A stretch of DNA of 64,000 nt, taken from the NCBI GenBank assembly GCA_965218095.1, contig OZ244587.1:3360001-3424000 (forward strand), read 5' to 3'. Position 1 is the stretch's first letter, and each line of letters opens with the position of its first letter. This DNA comes from Candidatus Poribacteria bacterium (lineage in GTDB: Bacteria > Poribacteria > WGA-4E > PCPOR2b). Shown piece after piece: positions 49,835 through 58,969 of this stretch. A program made the position numbers and the translations under genes. The notes below the pieces were generated by a model. The model searched no databases. It was not told where the DNA came from and worked only from the letters and a program-made list of their open reading frames with translations.

Positions 49835-50059
49835 AGTGAGATTTGCGTTCGCCAAGGGAAAGATTACCTTCGGACAAACCGGGTTTTATCAGGAGCATCC
49901 CTGATTAAGGTTCGCGGTGCGACGCCCCCCTCTGTCTCTCCCCCCAAACTTGGGTGGAGACCAAACGTGCGATGAATTGCACGACTACGAAGTAATCAGC
50001 ACAAGTCGTCAATATCCATTTTTTTATCAAATGGCTGAAACCGACAAAGGAGGATATAA

Positions 50060-50270
50060 AATGAGATGTCCAAATGGTATTACAATTCTCAGTCTCGTGT
50101 TTCTGTTTGCAATGAGCGGTTCGATGGCGCAAGGCGCCGTTGCCGGTGCACAGATTGAGTTTATCGCTGACGAAGCCAACTTCGTCAACGGTGACTGGAA
50201 GAGCATCGGCGTAGCCGGCAAGAAACTGAAAGGTGGGGCGGTGTCAAAACACGGTATTAGAAGCATTTGA
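50060..50270 (+). pseudogene. Truncated secreted-protein remnant
   Basis: RBS AAGGAGG and signal peptide MRCPNGITILSLVFLFAMSGSMAQG, followed by an early stop. Confidence 0.35.
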
Positions 50271-50473
50271 GAAAAACTATATGCGCGGCTATCAAGGGGG
50301 TTAACAGACCTCTTTGATTGTCCGCATTCGTGGGTACGAAACACCAAAGCGGATGGTCAATTGAAGGTGGATAACCCCTTCGTCGATATTATTGCTAGAA
50401 ACTGTCAAAGTCGAGTCTGAAGGTGTCTCATACCAGACCGTTCACGGTTCAATTCGACAGGTGTGAACCATTA

Positions 50474-51007
50474 TCATGGCTGATGTTCACCTTCTTGATG
50501 GTGTTTCCTGCGTTGATGATGCCTTCTGCCCCGACGGTGTTGAGCGTCTCTATCGAAACGCTTGCCGCGATGATTAAGCCGTTCTTGATGACGACTGTGT
50601 CCCCAATGGTGGGAACTCATCAGTTTCGCCCGCTGTTGCTTCGTCAATATCTTTGCCACTTGAAGATGGCGGCGCGTCATCTTTTCACGGATTTGTTTCT
50701 CCACCGAAGCAATCTCATTGGTCTTGGCAATAATGGCATCTTCATCGAGTTCGTCCGCTGTCCACAATTGCCTCAATTCCAACTTTTTGATTTTCATCTC
50801 GGACCGTAAAGGCAGCACTTGCTTGGCGACATCAATGCGGAGTGACTGCAATTTTTCAACCTGTTGTTCGGTCAATGTTTTCCTCAACTCACGCGGGAGA
50901 TGGAATTTGACGCCCCTGCTATGTTTGCCAAACGGCTGTGAAAGGCCGACGGAGGCGATAAGACCGACGATAAGGCAGGTGATGAGTATGCTGACAACAA
51001 CTTTCAT
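50474..51007 (-). CDS. Spy/CpxP family periplasmic protein
   Basis: Signal peptide; LTEQQ and ILTKQQR motifs; His/Arg-rich tail. Confidence 0.8.
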   Translation of the reverse strand: MKVVVSILITCLIVGLIASVGLSQPFGKHSRGVKFHLPRELRKTLTEQQVEKLQSLRIDVAKQVLPLRSEMKIKKLELRQLWTADELDEDAIIAKTNEIASVEKQIREKMTRRHLQVAKILTKQQRAKLMSSHHWGHSRHQERLNHRGKRFDRDAQHRRGRRHHQRRKHHQEGEHQP

Positions 51008-51165
51008 TTTGAAACACTCCTTCGATTTAGTAATGATAATTTGTTTTTCTGTGTTGCTGTTCCTTTAGACAAGCAATGACAGAAATTGTTCGTACAAAAT
51101 ACGCATTTGTTGTCGATTTGCTAGAAGCCGCACCACCATTATGGTGAAGAGAAAGAAACCATCAC

Positions 51166-51199
51166 GCCGTCAGTGTCTTTTTTCACTGGCGGCTTTTTT
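51166..51199 (+). terminator. Intrinsic terminator
   Basis: GCCGTCAGTG / CACTGGCGGC stem followed by TTTTTT. Confidence 0.7.
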
Positions 51200-51225
51200 G
51201 TTCCACCATTATCAGACGTTTTCAC

Positions 51226-51255
51226 TTGACATTTAACGCAGCGTCAGTTTGTAAT
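51226..51255 (+). promoter_or_regulatory. Candidate cas6 promoter
   Basis: TTGACA, 18 nt spacer, TGTAAT. Confidence 0.45.
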
Positions 51256-51330
51256 TGGCTATGCTTTTTGCAACCAATCATCTCCCAATGACGCGATCAA
51301 AAGCGGACAATATGAGAAAAGGAAACGACA

Positions 51331-52314
51331 ATGAACCCACTTCAAAACTTCCGCCTCGCACGCTACCGTGTGATTTTAACAGCGCTTTCGACGATTTTGA
51401 TGCCGCCCTACGCCGGCTCCACATACCGTGGCGGATTCGGTCACGCATTCCGCAAGATGGTTTGTACCCAGGGTCCAATCGACTGTGGAGATTGCACGCT
51501 CAAAGCGGTCTGCCCATACCCATATATCTTCGAGACCGCCCCATTCGAGGGCGCGCAGCAGCTACGAACCTACGGCGACGTGCCGCGCCCGTTTGTCATT
51601 GACCCACTCGGAACACGCGGCGAATACCGGCGGGGCGAATCATTTGCGTTTCGTCTCACCCTCATTGGTCGCGCCATCGACTATCTCCCCTATTTTCTGG
51701 TCAGCTTCCGCGAGTTAGGAGAGATTGGTATCGGCAAAAGACGCGGGCGTTTCCAGTTGACCCAAGTCATCGCGGATGAGGAAGGTTTTATCTTTCCACA
51801 ATCCTGTAAATCCTTGAATCCTGATGGGGAATCGATCTACACATCGGAGACGCAAACGGTACACAATCTCGATAACGCCCTGAGTTTCGACGACATTCAG
51901 CGGGAAGCGGAATCTTTGCCAACCGACTCATTGACCGTGCACCTACTCACCCCAACACGCATCACGCACGAGGGGGAGTTGACGGACAAACTCCCGTTCC
52001 ACATCTTCTGGCGACGGTTGATTGGACGCATCTCCGCGTTGGCGTATTTCCACTGTGGCGAATCGCTGAAACTGGATTTTAAGGGGCTCATCGCGCAGGC
52101 GGAGACGGTCGAGACGGTTCAGAGCGGGTTACGTTGGCACGATTGGACGCGCTATTCGTCGCGTCAGAATCAGAAGATGCAACTCGGCGGGTTGGTCGGG
52201 AGTGTGACGTATGCAGGGGATTTGGGGGTGTTCACCCCGTTTATGGCGTTGGGTGCGTTTCTGCATGTGGGCAAAAACGCGACCTTTGGACTTGGAAAGT
52301 ATCAAATTCGATGA
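51331..52314 (+). CDS. cas6: CRISPR-associated endoribonuclease Cas6
   Basis: GSTYRGGFG, CxxC..CPY.YIFE, PRPFVI and C-terminal G-rich loop HVGKNATFGLG. Confidence 0.92.
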   Translation: MNPLQNFRLARYRVILTALSTILMPPYAGSTYRGGFGHAFRKMVCTQGPIDCGDCTLKAVCPYPYIFETAPFEGAQQLRTYGDVPRPFVIDPLGTRGEYRRGESFAFRLTLIGRAIDYLPYFLVSFRELGEIGIGKRRGRFQLTQVIADEEGFIFPQSCKSLNPDGESIYTSETQTVHNLDNALSFDDIQREAESLPTDSLTVHLLTPTRITHEGELTDKLPFHIFWRRLIGRISALAYFHCGESLKLDFKGLIAQAETVETVQSGLRWHDWTRYSSRQNQKMQLGGLVGSVTYAGDLGVFTPFMALGAFLHVGKNATFGLGKYQIR

Positions 52315-52503
52315 GGTTTTGCTTGCGATGTCAAATTTTTTGAAAGAGACTAACTTAGGCGATGCAGAGATCGCACAAATCTTTGAGGGGTGCGTGGAAA
52401 ATTTGGCAATTCGAGCACAACGACGCCCTGGGCCCACATCAAAGTTCAGGCAGGACGTTAGTCGAGAGGCAATGGCAGATTCTGAATAAGGAGATCACAC
52501 CAA

Positions 52504-53475
52504 ATGTCTACCAAGATGGAAAGAATTTACTGGATAGATCGGCAAATTCGATCGGAAAGGTATCCAAACGTCCATAAAGTCAAGGAACAGTTTGAACTCC
52601 GCAGCACTCGGATCGTCTACGAAGATAGGAAATTTATGATAAATTGCCTTCACGCGCCTATCAAATATTGCAGACGCAGAGAAGGATGGTACTATACGGA
52701 TGCCACCTATTTCCTCCCCGCGATAATGCTGACAAGGGAAGAAATCACAGCTTTTTTTCTGGGGGAAGAGTTATTCAGGCGGTATCTAGGCACCCCCTTT
52801 GAAACGCCTCTTCGGCTTGCACTTGATAAGATAAAACAACACCTACCGGAGCATGTAGGCTACGACGCGCAAAAGGAAACCTCTGCGTTTGCCTTCACAG
52901 GTGGCGGCAGAGCGATGGTCGATCCAGAATTATTGCTCGAACTCAATGACGCTATCCTTTCAAAACGCTCGATTGAGATAGAATATTATTCAGCGAGTCG
53001 CGGTCAAACAAACACGCGAACCGTTAATCCATACCACCTCCATAACATCCATGGCGATTGGTATCTGATCGCCTATTGTCACACACGGCGCGAACCGCGC
53101 GACTTCCTCACCAACCGCATCAAAGCGCGTAAACGCCTACCATCTACCTTCCAAGTTGCCTCGGATTTTTCCCTCAATGCGTACTTAGAGACCGGATTTC
53201 TCGCAGAACGGGCGACAGAGCCTGATAATATCGTCATCAAATTTGATGAGTATCAGGCACGTTGGATAAGAGAGCGTCAGTGGCACTCCAGTCAACAAAT
53301 TGAGGAGTTACCATCCGGTGGACTGATATTGCGACTGAGAGTCGGTGGATTGGGTGAAGTGAAGCGGTGGGTCATGGGCTATGGACCACATGCGGAAGTT
53401 CTCGAACCTGAAAGGCTCCGTCGTGAAATCAAGGAAGAAGTAAAAAAAATGAAAGAAATCTACCGTAAAAAGTAA
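52504..53475 (+). CDS. wHTH-WYL-WCX transcriptional regulator
   Basis: N-terminal HTH; RTVNPYHL...WYLIAYC; WHSSQ and WVMGYG..AEVLEP. Confidence 0.93.
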   Translation: MSTKMERIYWIDRQIRSERYPNVHKVKEQFELRSTRIVYEDRKFMINCLHAPIKYCRRREGWYYTDATYFLPAIMLTREEITAFFLGEELFRRYLGTPFETPLRLALDKIKQHLPEHVGYDAQKETSAFAFTGGGRAMVDPELLLELNDAILSKRSIEIEYYSASRGQTNTRTVNPYHLHNIHGDWYLIAYCHTRREPRDFLTNRIKARKRLPSTFQVASDFSLNAYLETGFLAERATEPDNIVIKFDEYQARWIRERQWHSSQQIEELPSGGLILRLRVGGLGEVKRWVMGYGPHAEVLEPERLRREIKEEVKKMKEIYRKK

Positions 53476-53546
53476 AGTGCGCTTATATTGCACTGTGGGA
53501 TGGTATAATAACCGCCGATTGGAGATCAAACATGCTTTCAAACGGA

Positions 53547-53607
53547 TGCGTTTCTGCATGTGGGCCAAAACGCGACGTTTGGGTTGGGGAAGTATCAGGT
53601 TGGATAA
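53547..53607 (+). pseudogene. Second, diverged copy of the cas6 3' end
   Basis: 51 of 61 nt identical to 52254-52314; encodes AFLHVGQNATFGLGKYQVG*. Confidence 0.8.
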
Positions 53608-53801
53608 AGCGTGGAGGTAAGGTAGGGGTAGCCCTTGTGGCTACCCTCTTAAGGCTCATTTCCGCGTACCGTAAAGGAAAAAATGTGACACGCGCCTGAA
53701 AAATTACAGTATTTTCCGATCACCGACATGTTCTGACGGGAATAGAGGTTATAATATGGAACAATCAATTCAAGAGTTTGTTTCCACGGAGGTATTGAAA
53801 T

Positions 53802-56582
53802 ATGGATTATCAAGCATTCAGAACAAGGGCTGTCAAATTCATGCTCAACCGCGATTGGAAGAAAAAAACCGCAAAGCGGAGAAATTTTGAGCAAAGCTTA
53901 TTTGACCACACAGTTATTGAAATTGACGCTCTTATTACATTGTTGCCACTGCTTCAGCACACCTTCTCACCTCCACTAACAGAGCCCGAGGAACAAGTGC
54001 TCCTAACCAGTGTTCTCGCACATGATGTTGGTAAAGAACTTGATGAGTGGCAGGAATACGTGATGGGGAGGCGTGACTTCCTCTCCGATGTAAATCGAGA
54101 GTTAGCCGAGGAAGTGGTCCCCGAGTTGGCGAGTCAATTCGAGTTCAGCGGTGTTGAGGAGATACTATCGTCGGTCCTTTTACACATGCGTTATGAAAGG
54201 ACACCAGTGAATGTAACAAGTCGCCTTTTGTTTGGTCAGCATACAAATCCACGTTGGAAAACATTGGCAGACATTGTTGATGCAGTGGATAATCTGTGCT
54301 CAGCAAAAGGTCTTTTTGCCGGATTACAATGCGTGGCAGAGAAAACCTGTATATCTAACCATCTCCACACTGTCTACCATCTCGTGCAAACACGAGGCGT
54401 CTCAACAACGCTGTTACATCGCGCCGCAATTGATGCCTTCATCGAATGTGGCTGGAGTCCGTTGTTACACTATAGCAACGGCACAATTTACGTAGCAAGC
54501 AGCGCGACCCAACCGCTAGAGCCGGGCGTTGACGAAATTCAAGACCAAATGGTGGAGCGTCTCAGAGAAGCGATGCCTGATAAAATAGCGAAATTAATCG
54601 TTGGCAATCCAACAAGTAGCATAATGCCAAAACCTAATCTATTTGACTACCGCGATTTGGAAACATGTTTATCCGTTGCCGCGAGCCGCATCACCCGCAA
54701 AAGCTTTTTCAACAGGCCTGAATCAAAGCGGGTTGAGGTCATTGGCAAATATTTGCTTCTTTTAGAATGCTTAATTGAAAATGAACCTAAATCTGCTTTC
54801 ACTGAATCTAACAAGAAATGGAAAATGAACGACCGCCCAGACATAGATGATGAAACTCTTGCATTGCAAATGTCGAGGATAGCCACAGCACAACCTGAAA
54901 TGTGTGTCTTCAAATTCTTCAAAGCAGTTTTGGCAGATGGTCTTCTCGGTAAACAGGTCACACCGGAAGCGGAAGAGATCTATGCCGATTTCGCAGAAGG
55001 TGGCGGGAAAAAGAAAGTACCGAAAGTAACCCCACAAAGCGTCGCCCGAACGGAATACGACGCCGTTTTTGGTGAAGGGGCTTACGCCGAGTTGCAGTCT
55101 ACAGCAAACTTAATGCCTGCTCGTGACATGGCGTTTACCGTTGACCGATTTTGGTCACTGGATGGCTCACAATTTGGACTTGATGTACCGACAGTTGAAA
55201 TTCTGCTTGACGACACCAAACGTGAGGAGATTCTCATTGATACCCTTGTAGATATTGCGAACAAAGTTTACACTGCAATACCCGTTGAAAACCGACCGGC
55301 ACGTGCAACGCCGGAAGATTTTGCGCGATGTTTCATGCCAGATCTGATTCATCCATCGCCCAAGCTGAATCTCGACGAACTGATTGCACAGCAGATGCAA
55401 GCATACGGGCAAACAAAAGCAAATGCTCGGAAGGAGAAAGGTTTGCATCTTTGCCCAATCTGCAATCAAACGTTTGATGGAGGCACAAAGGCGAAAGCTG
55501 ATTTCGTTGGAAACCCTGAGGGGCATACAAATCGCGGCGTTTCGCACGGCGGGGCCGGACAGATTGTCATCTGCGATGCCTGTAAGTATGAGAGGTTTCT
55601 CCAACAACTGTTGCTCGGTTCGCAGGTCGCCGATATTCTCGTACTGTTCCCGCGCATGAACATCGGTCACAGTAGTGGGGAAGCGTTACGCAAAAAGGCG
55701 ATTCAGATTTGGGACAAGGCTTCAATCCGAATGACTGGAGATAATCCGAACCCGGACCAACACATTACACTCAGCCTAACTAATCTAATCGCAAGAAATA
55801 TGAGCAAGAACAATTACGATGTCTATCGGCTGACGCACAATGAAATCGTTGAGTTGCTAACTTATGAGTCCACGGAAGATACAAAGAAAAAGCACAGAAA
55901 AATTTTGGATAAAGAACTCAAAGAATACTTCTCAACGGATGAACTAAGTGTCGAGGATCTGAATGAAGAGTGGGCAACTAATTTTCAAACGGTGGAAGAC
56001 GCGGTTCAGGCATTAACTGAAGGTAGAATTCAAGATGATGAAGCCCGCCGAATCCAAGCGAAGGCTTTTAATTTGATTCCACAATTTCACATAGCTTGCC
56101 AAACTCCGCATATGATTCTTGTTCCGACAACCAACCTTTTGGATTCCAAGAAATCTGCTTTTCAAAAGAAAGTTGGAAAAAATTGGGAATCAGACACAAA
56201 CGCAGGAATTCGGGAACTGTATTTGACGCTCATACTCGGACTTTCACTCGACTGCTCGGTTGCTGTTGTGAAAGCAGGTGAGGTTATTACATTCGAGGAT
56301 AGCGAAGGTGTTGCGAAAGTTCCGTCCGCACCTGCCCTTCGCGATCTGGTTGGTGCGGATTGGGTCTCAATAGAGGCAGCAGAGAAATGGCTTGACGCTA
56401 TCGGTGCGGCAGCACTGCTTGCCAATTCAACGGAATATCCCGAACGTTACAACCTCTACCAAATTCTCAAAAGTCCAACGTTGGGGCATGTACTTCGCCG
56501 AATTGAGCAGAAAAGCGACAACGGCCAAGCGTACATGTACCATTTCCATTTACTTGAACAAATGAAGGAGGTTCTCAGATGA
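53802..56582 (+). CDS. cas10d: Type I-D large subunit Cas10d with N-terminal HD nuclease
   Basis: QSLFDH...LAHDVGKE...H...D HD domain; CPIC...CDAC Zn finger; precedes cas7d and cas5d. Confidence 0.82.
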   Translation: MDYQAFRTRAVKFMLNRDWKKKTAKRRNFEQSLFDHTVIEIDALITLLPLLQHTFSPPLTEPEEQVLLTSVLAHDVGKELDEWQEYVMGRRDFLSDVNRELAEEVVPELASQFEFSGVEEILSSVLLHMRYERTPVNVTSRLLFGQHTNPRWKTLADIVDAVDNLCSAKGLFAGLQCVAEKTCISNHLHTVYHLVQTRGVSTTLLHRAAIDAFIECGWSPLLHYSNGTIYVASSATQPLEPGVDEIQDQMVERLREAMPDKIAKLIVGNPTSSIMPKPNLFDYRDLETCLSVAASRITRKSFFNRPESKRVEVIGKYLLLLECLIENEPKSAFTESNKKWKMNDRPDIDDETLALQMSRIATAQPEMCVFKFFKAVLADGLLGKQVTPEAEEIYADFAEGGGKKKVPKVTPQSVARTEYDAVFGEGAYAELQSTANLMPARDMAFTVDRFWSLDGSQFGLDVPTVEILLDDTKREEILIDTLVDIANKVYTAIPVENRPARATPEDFARCFMPDLIHPSPKLNLDELIAQQMQAYGQTKANARKEKGLHLCPICNQTFDGGTKAKADFVGNPEGHTNRGVSHGGAGQIVICDACKYERFLQQLLLGSQVADILVLFPRMNIGHSSGEALRKKAIQIWDKASIRMTGDNPNPDQHITLSLTNLIARNMSKNNYDVYRLTHNEIVELLTYESTEDTKKKHRKILDKELKEYFSTDELSVEDLNEEWATNFQTVEDAVQALTEGRIQDDEARRIQAKAFNLIPQFHIACQTPHMILVPTTNLLDSKKSAFQKKVGKNWESDTNAGIRELYLTLILGLSLDCSVAVVKAGEVITFEDSEGVAKVPSAPALRDLVGADWVSIEAAEKWLDAIGAAALLANSTEYPERYNLYQILKSPTLGHVLRRIEQKSDNGQAYMYHFHLLEQMKEVLR

Positions 56583-57217
56583 GACAGTTAATCGTAACCA
56601 AGGGGGAGCGGTTTGATATCGAAACCGTTCCCCCCAAAATTGAGCGCATTGCCGATGCCTTTGACCGGTATCTTGATGAGTATAACCCCAAAACAAGGCG
56701 AACTATGCACGGCGTTATGGGACCTGTGCAAAGGATTCTTGACGGAGCGCGTGTCCGAAAAGAGGACGCCAAAACATTGGTGGGAAGGGCGGTACGCGCT
56801 CATGAAATGAACGAGAATAACCGCGGGTATTTATCGCCATCCGCGCTTGAGGCTCTTGAGACGGGGACGCAGGATTTATTGGTATTGTGTAACGAAGTGC
56901 CTATCACAACCGTCTCCAAGGTTACTGAGCGCGTCCGTTACACCGTCTACTACATGCGAAGAAAAAAGGATATTGAGTGGTTGGAGCAGACACGCAAGAC
57001 GTTTATCGAGTTTCTGCGAAAACGTTACGCCGATGAAACTACGCTCACTACAGCGTGGGGAGAGAAATCATTGAAATTCGATGACGTTCGTTTTCCCTCT
57101 CGGAAAAATCAGGCGTTTAAGCGGGCAAACGACGTAAAGAAGGGAGATATTACCAGTTTCTGGGAATCTACCGATACAGAACCCATCATCGAAGAAGAGG
57201 AGGACGACAATGAGTAG
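56579..57217 (+). CDS. Separately encoded small subunit (Cas11d-like) with C-terminal extension
   Basis: Own RBS AAGGAGG, ATGA overlap with cas10d, helical sequence, located between cas10d and cas7d. Confidence 0.65.
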   Translation: MRQLIVTKGERFDIETVPPKIERIADAFDRYLDEYNPKTRRTMHGVMGPVQRILDGARVRKEDAKTLVGRAVRAHEMNENNRGYLSPSALEALETGTQDLLVLCNEVPITTVSKVTERVRYTVYYMRRKKDIEWLEQTRKTFIEFLRKRYADETTLTTAWGEKSLKFDDVRFPSRKNQAFKRANDVKKGDITSFWESTDTEPIIEEEEDDNE

Positions 57218-58145
57218 CTTAGACCTTTTGAAACCCTTCACCATAGACAAACCGCAACCGCTGATCGGTGCGAAGACAGTTCAAATCCTACTGATGCGCG
57301 AAATACTGGATTACACGGTTCTACGCACAGAAGAAACACGCGAACTCAACACAGTCGCTACGCCCCTCTCACTTAACAATGGTGACAATACCATCATGCG
57401 AGTTGCATTTCTGGCAACGAAGCAGAAAGCGGCTGAATCACGACAGCTAGAGCAACTCCTGCGAACAGGAACGTCTGAAGCAGATTTGTCAGTAACAGAA
57501 TGCTATCTGAAAGACAAGCTCTGCCTCGAATGTCCTCGCTGTACCTTATTTGGCGCGACAAACACAGAATCTGGACGTGAAAATCGAGCCAACATCAAGC
57601 ACCGCATCGAGTATTCGACAGCATTTTCCTTGCTCCCATTTGAGGACATTGAATCGTCAACGACGTTCAACGCAATTAACGACCTCAACCAAACGACCGG
57701 ACAAGCATTAGGTAGCCGCTACGCTGTCGTACCTGCGACCGTATTTCCAAGCATCGTCAGCTTGCGGAGCGCGACGCTCACCGAGGTAATTTTGACCATC
57801 AAAACGTTGTTGGCAAGCAAGAGCTACGGTGCAGAATCCCGAATCGGCGGAGATGTGCGTAACTCTGTTTTCGGTATCATCGGTGGTTGGGAGGAAGTCA
57901 TCACGCCCCTTGAACTCACACTTGAACTCTATGACCAACGCGACAACTTGGTCGGCGATACCTTCAAAACGATTGCCAAGAAGTATAAACCGTTGGCAGG
58001 CAATCCTGACCACGTGACCATTTTCTCGCCTGATGAGGTGGATGCAACCGTCGGAGCCGCTGCGAACACACCGCTCGATAAATCGTTATTGACGACAGCT
58101 TATAACGATGCGAAAACCTACGTCAAAGCCCAGCAGAAAAAATGA
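57210..58145 (+). CDS. cas7: Type I-D Cas7 (Csc2)
   Basis: LMRE..DY..LRTE, KQKAAE.R, CLECPRCTLFG, RIEYSTAFS and YGAESR motifs. Confidence 0.88.
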   Translation: MSSLDLLKPFTIDKPQPLIGAKTVQILLMREILDYTVLRTEETRELNTVATPLSLNNGDNTIMRVAFLATKQKAAESRQLEQLLRTGTSEADLSVTECYLKDKLCLECPRCTLFGATNTESGRENRANIKHRIEYSTAFSLLPFEDIESSTTFNAINDLNQTTGQALGSRYAVVPATVFPSIVSLRSATLTEVILTIKTLLASKSYGAESRIGGDVRNSVFGIIGGWEEVITPLELTLELYDQRDNLVGDTFKTIAKKYKPLAGNPDHVTIFSPDEVDATVGAAANTPLDKSLLTTAYNDAKTYVKAQQKK

Positions 58146-58151
58146 GCGTTC

Positions 58152-58187
58152 AAGAAACCGAGTTTTTTCGGAAAAACTCGGTTTCTT
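58152..58187. repeat. REP-like palindrome between cas7 and cas5
   Basis: AAGAAACCGAGTTTTTTCGGAAAAACTCGGTTTCTT. Confidence 0.85.
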
Positions 58188-58216
58188 CATACACATCAGC
58201 CAAGCGAGGTGACAAC

Positions 58217-58969
58217 ATGGCAAACGCTATTCGGCTTTATGAACATGGCGTGCGCGTATTTGCAGGACGACTGTATAACCACGATTACCTCTGGTTCTCA
58301 TCCAACGAAATCAGCAAAGTCTCAACAACCCAACCCATCCTGCACAACTACGCACTCTGTTATGCAATTTCGCAACGCTCCTACGGTGTCTATCTCGGTA
58401 CAACACCAAAATATGTTGAAGATCCGGATGGCGAATTCAATGCGATGCCGCTCTACGCAACGCCCGCCCACGCTGACTCCGAGCACGTATCGCGCACGAC
58501 TATCACCTTCAATGCCGTTGATTCACGCACATTGACAACAGGTGATAGCAAATCAATGAATACACCGAATTTGGGAAAGCGAGTCTACATCAATCCGGCG
58601 TGGGAATCAACGGAGGTAGAACGTCCAGAAAAAGGCTATCAATTTTACGTTTTCACATTCGACAACTATCGCCCACCAGGGGTAACACGGCTCGGTAAGA
58701 AAGGTGCTTCAATGCGCATTCGGTGGGATGAGGTACACCAACCTGTCGCAATCCACCGTGAAGGTAAACAAAGCCCAACACACCCAATTAACCCTTTGGA
58801 TGTCAACGGACACCTCGTCAGCTATGATCCGGTGATGATTCCCCCACATCTGTTATTTCGGACAGCAACCCTCGCCGCAGATTGGTGGGTGTTCTTCAGT
58901 CCCGGCAGAGCGCGGCATACCATACACGTCCCCAAACGTGTTTTGAACCGAATCGGAGGTGTATCATGA
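58217..58969 (+). CDS. cas5: Type I-D Cas5 (Csc1)
   Basis: HDYLWFSS.E, LHNYALCYA, YATPA, RLGKK and PINPLD motifs; RBS GAGGTG. Confidence 0.88.
   Translation: MANAIRLYEHGVRVFAGRLYNHDYLWFSSNEISKVSTTQPILHNYALCYAISQRSYGVYLGTTPKYVEDPDGEFNAMPLYATPAHADSEHVSRTTITFNAVDSRTLTTGDSKSMNTPNLGKRVYINPAWESTEVERPEKGYQFYVFTFDNYRPPGVTRLGKKGASMRIRWDEVHQPVAIHREGKQSPTHPINPLDVNGHLVSYDPVMIPPHLLFRTATLAADWWVFFSPGRARHTIHVPKRVLNRIGGVS

Noticed and set aside
58142-58216. N-terminal extension of Cas5d
   Set aside because: It is a translation of the REP palindrome; a good RBS precedes ATG 58217.
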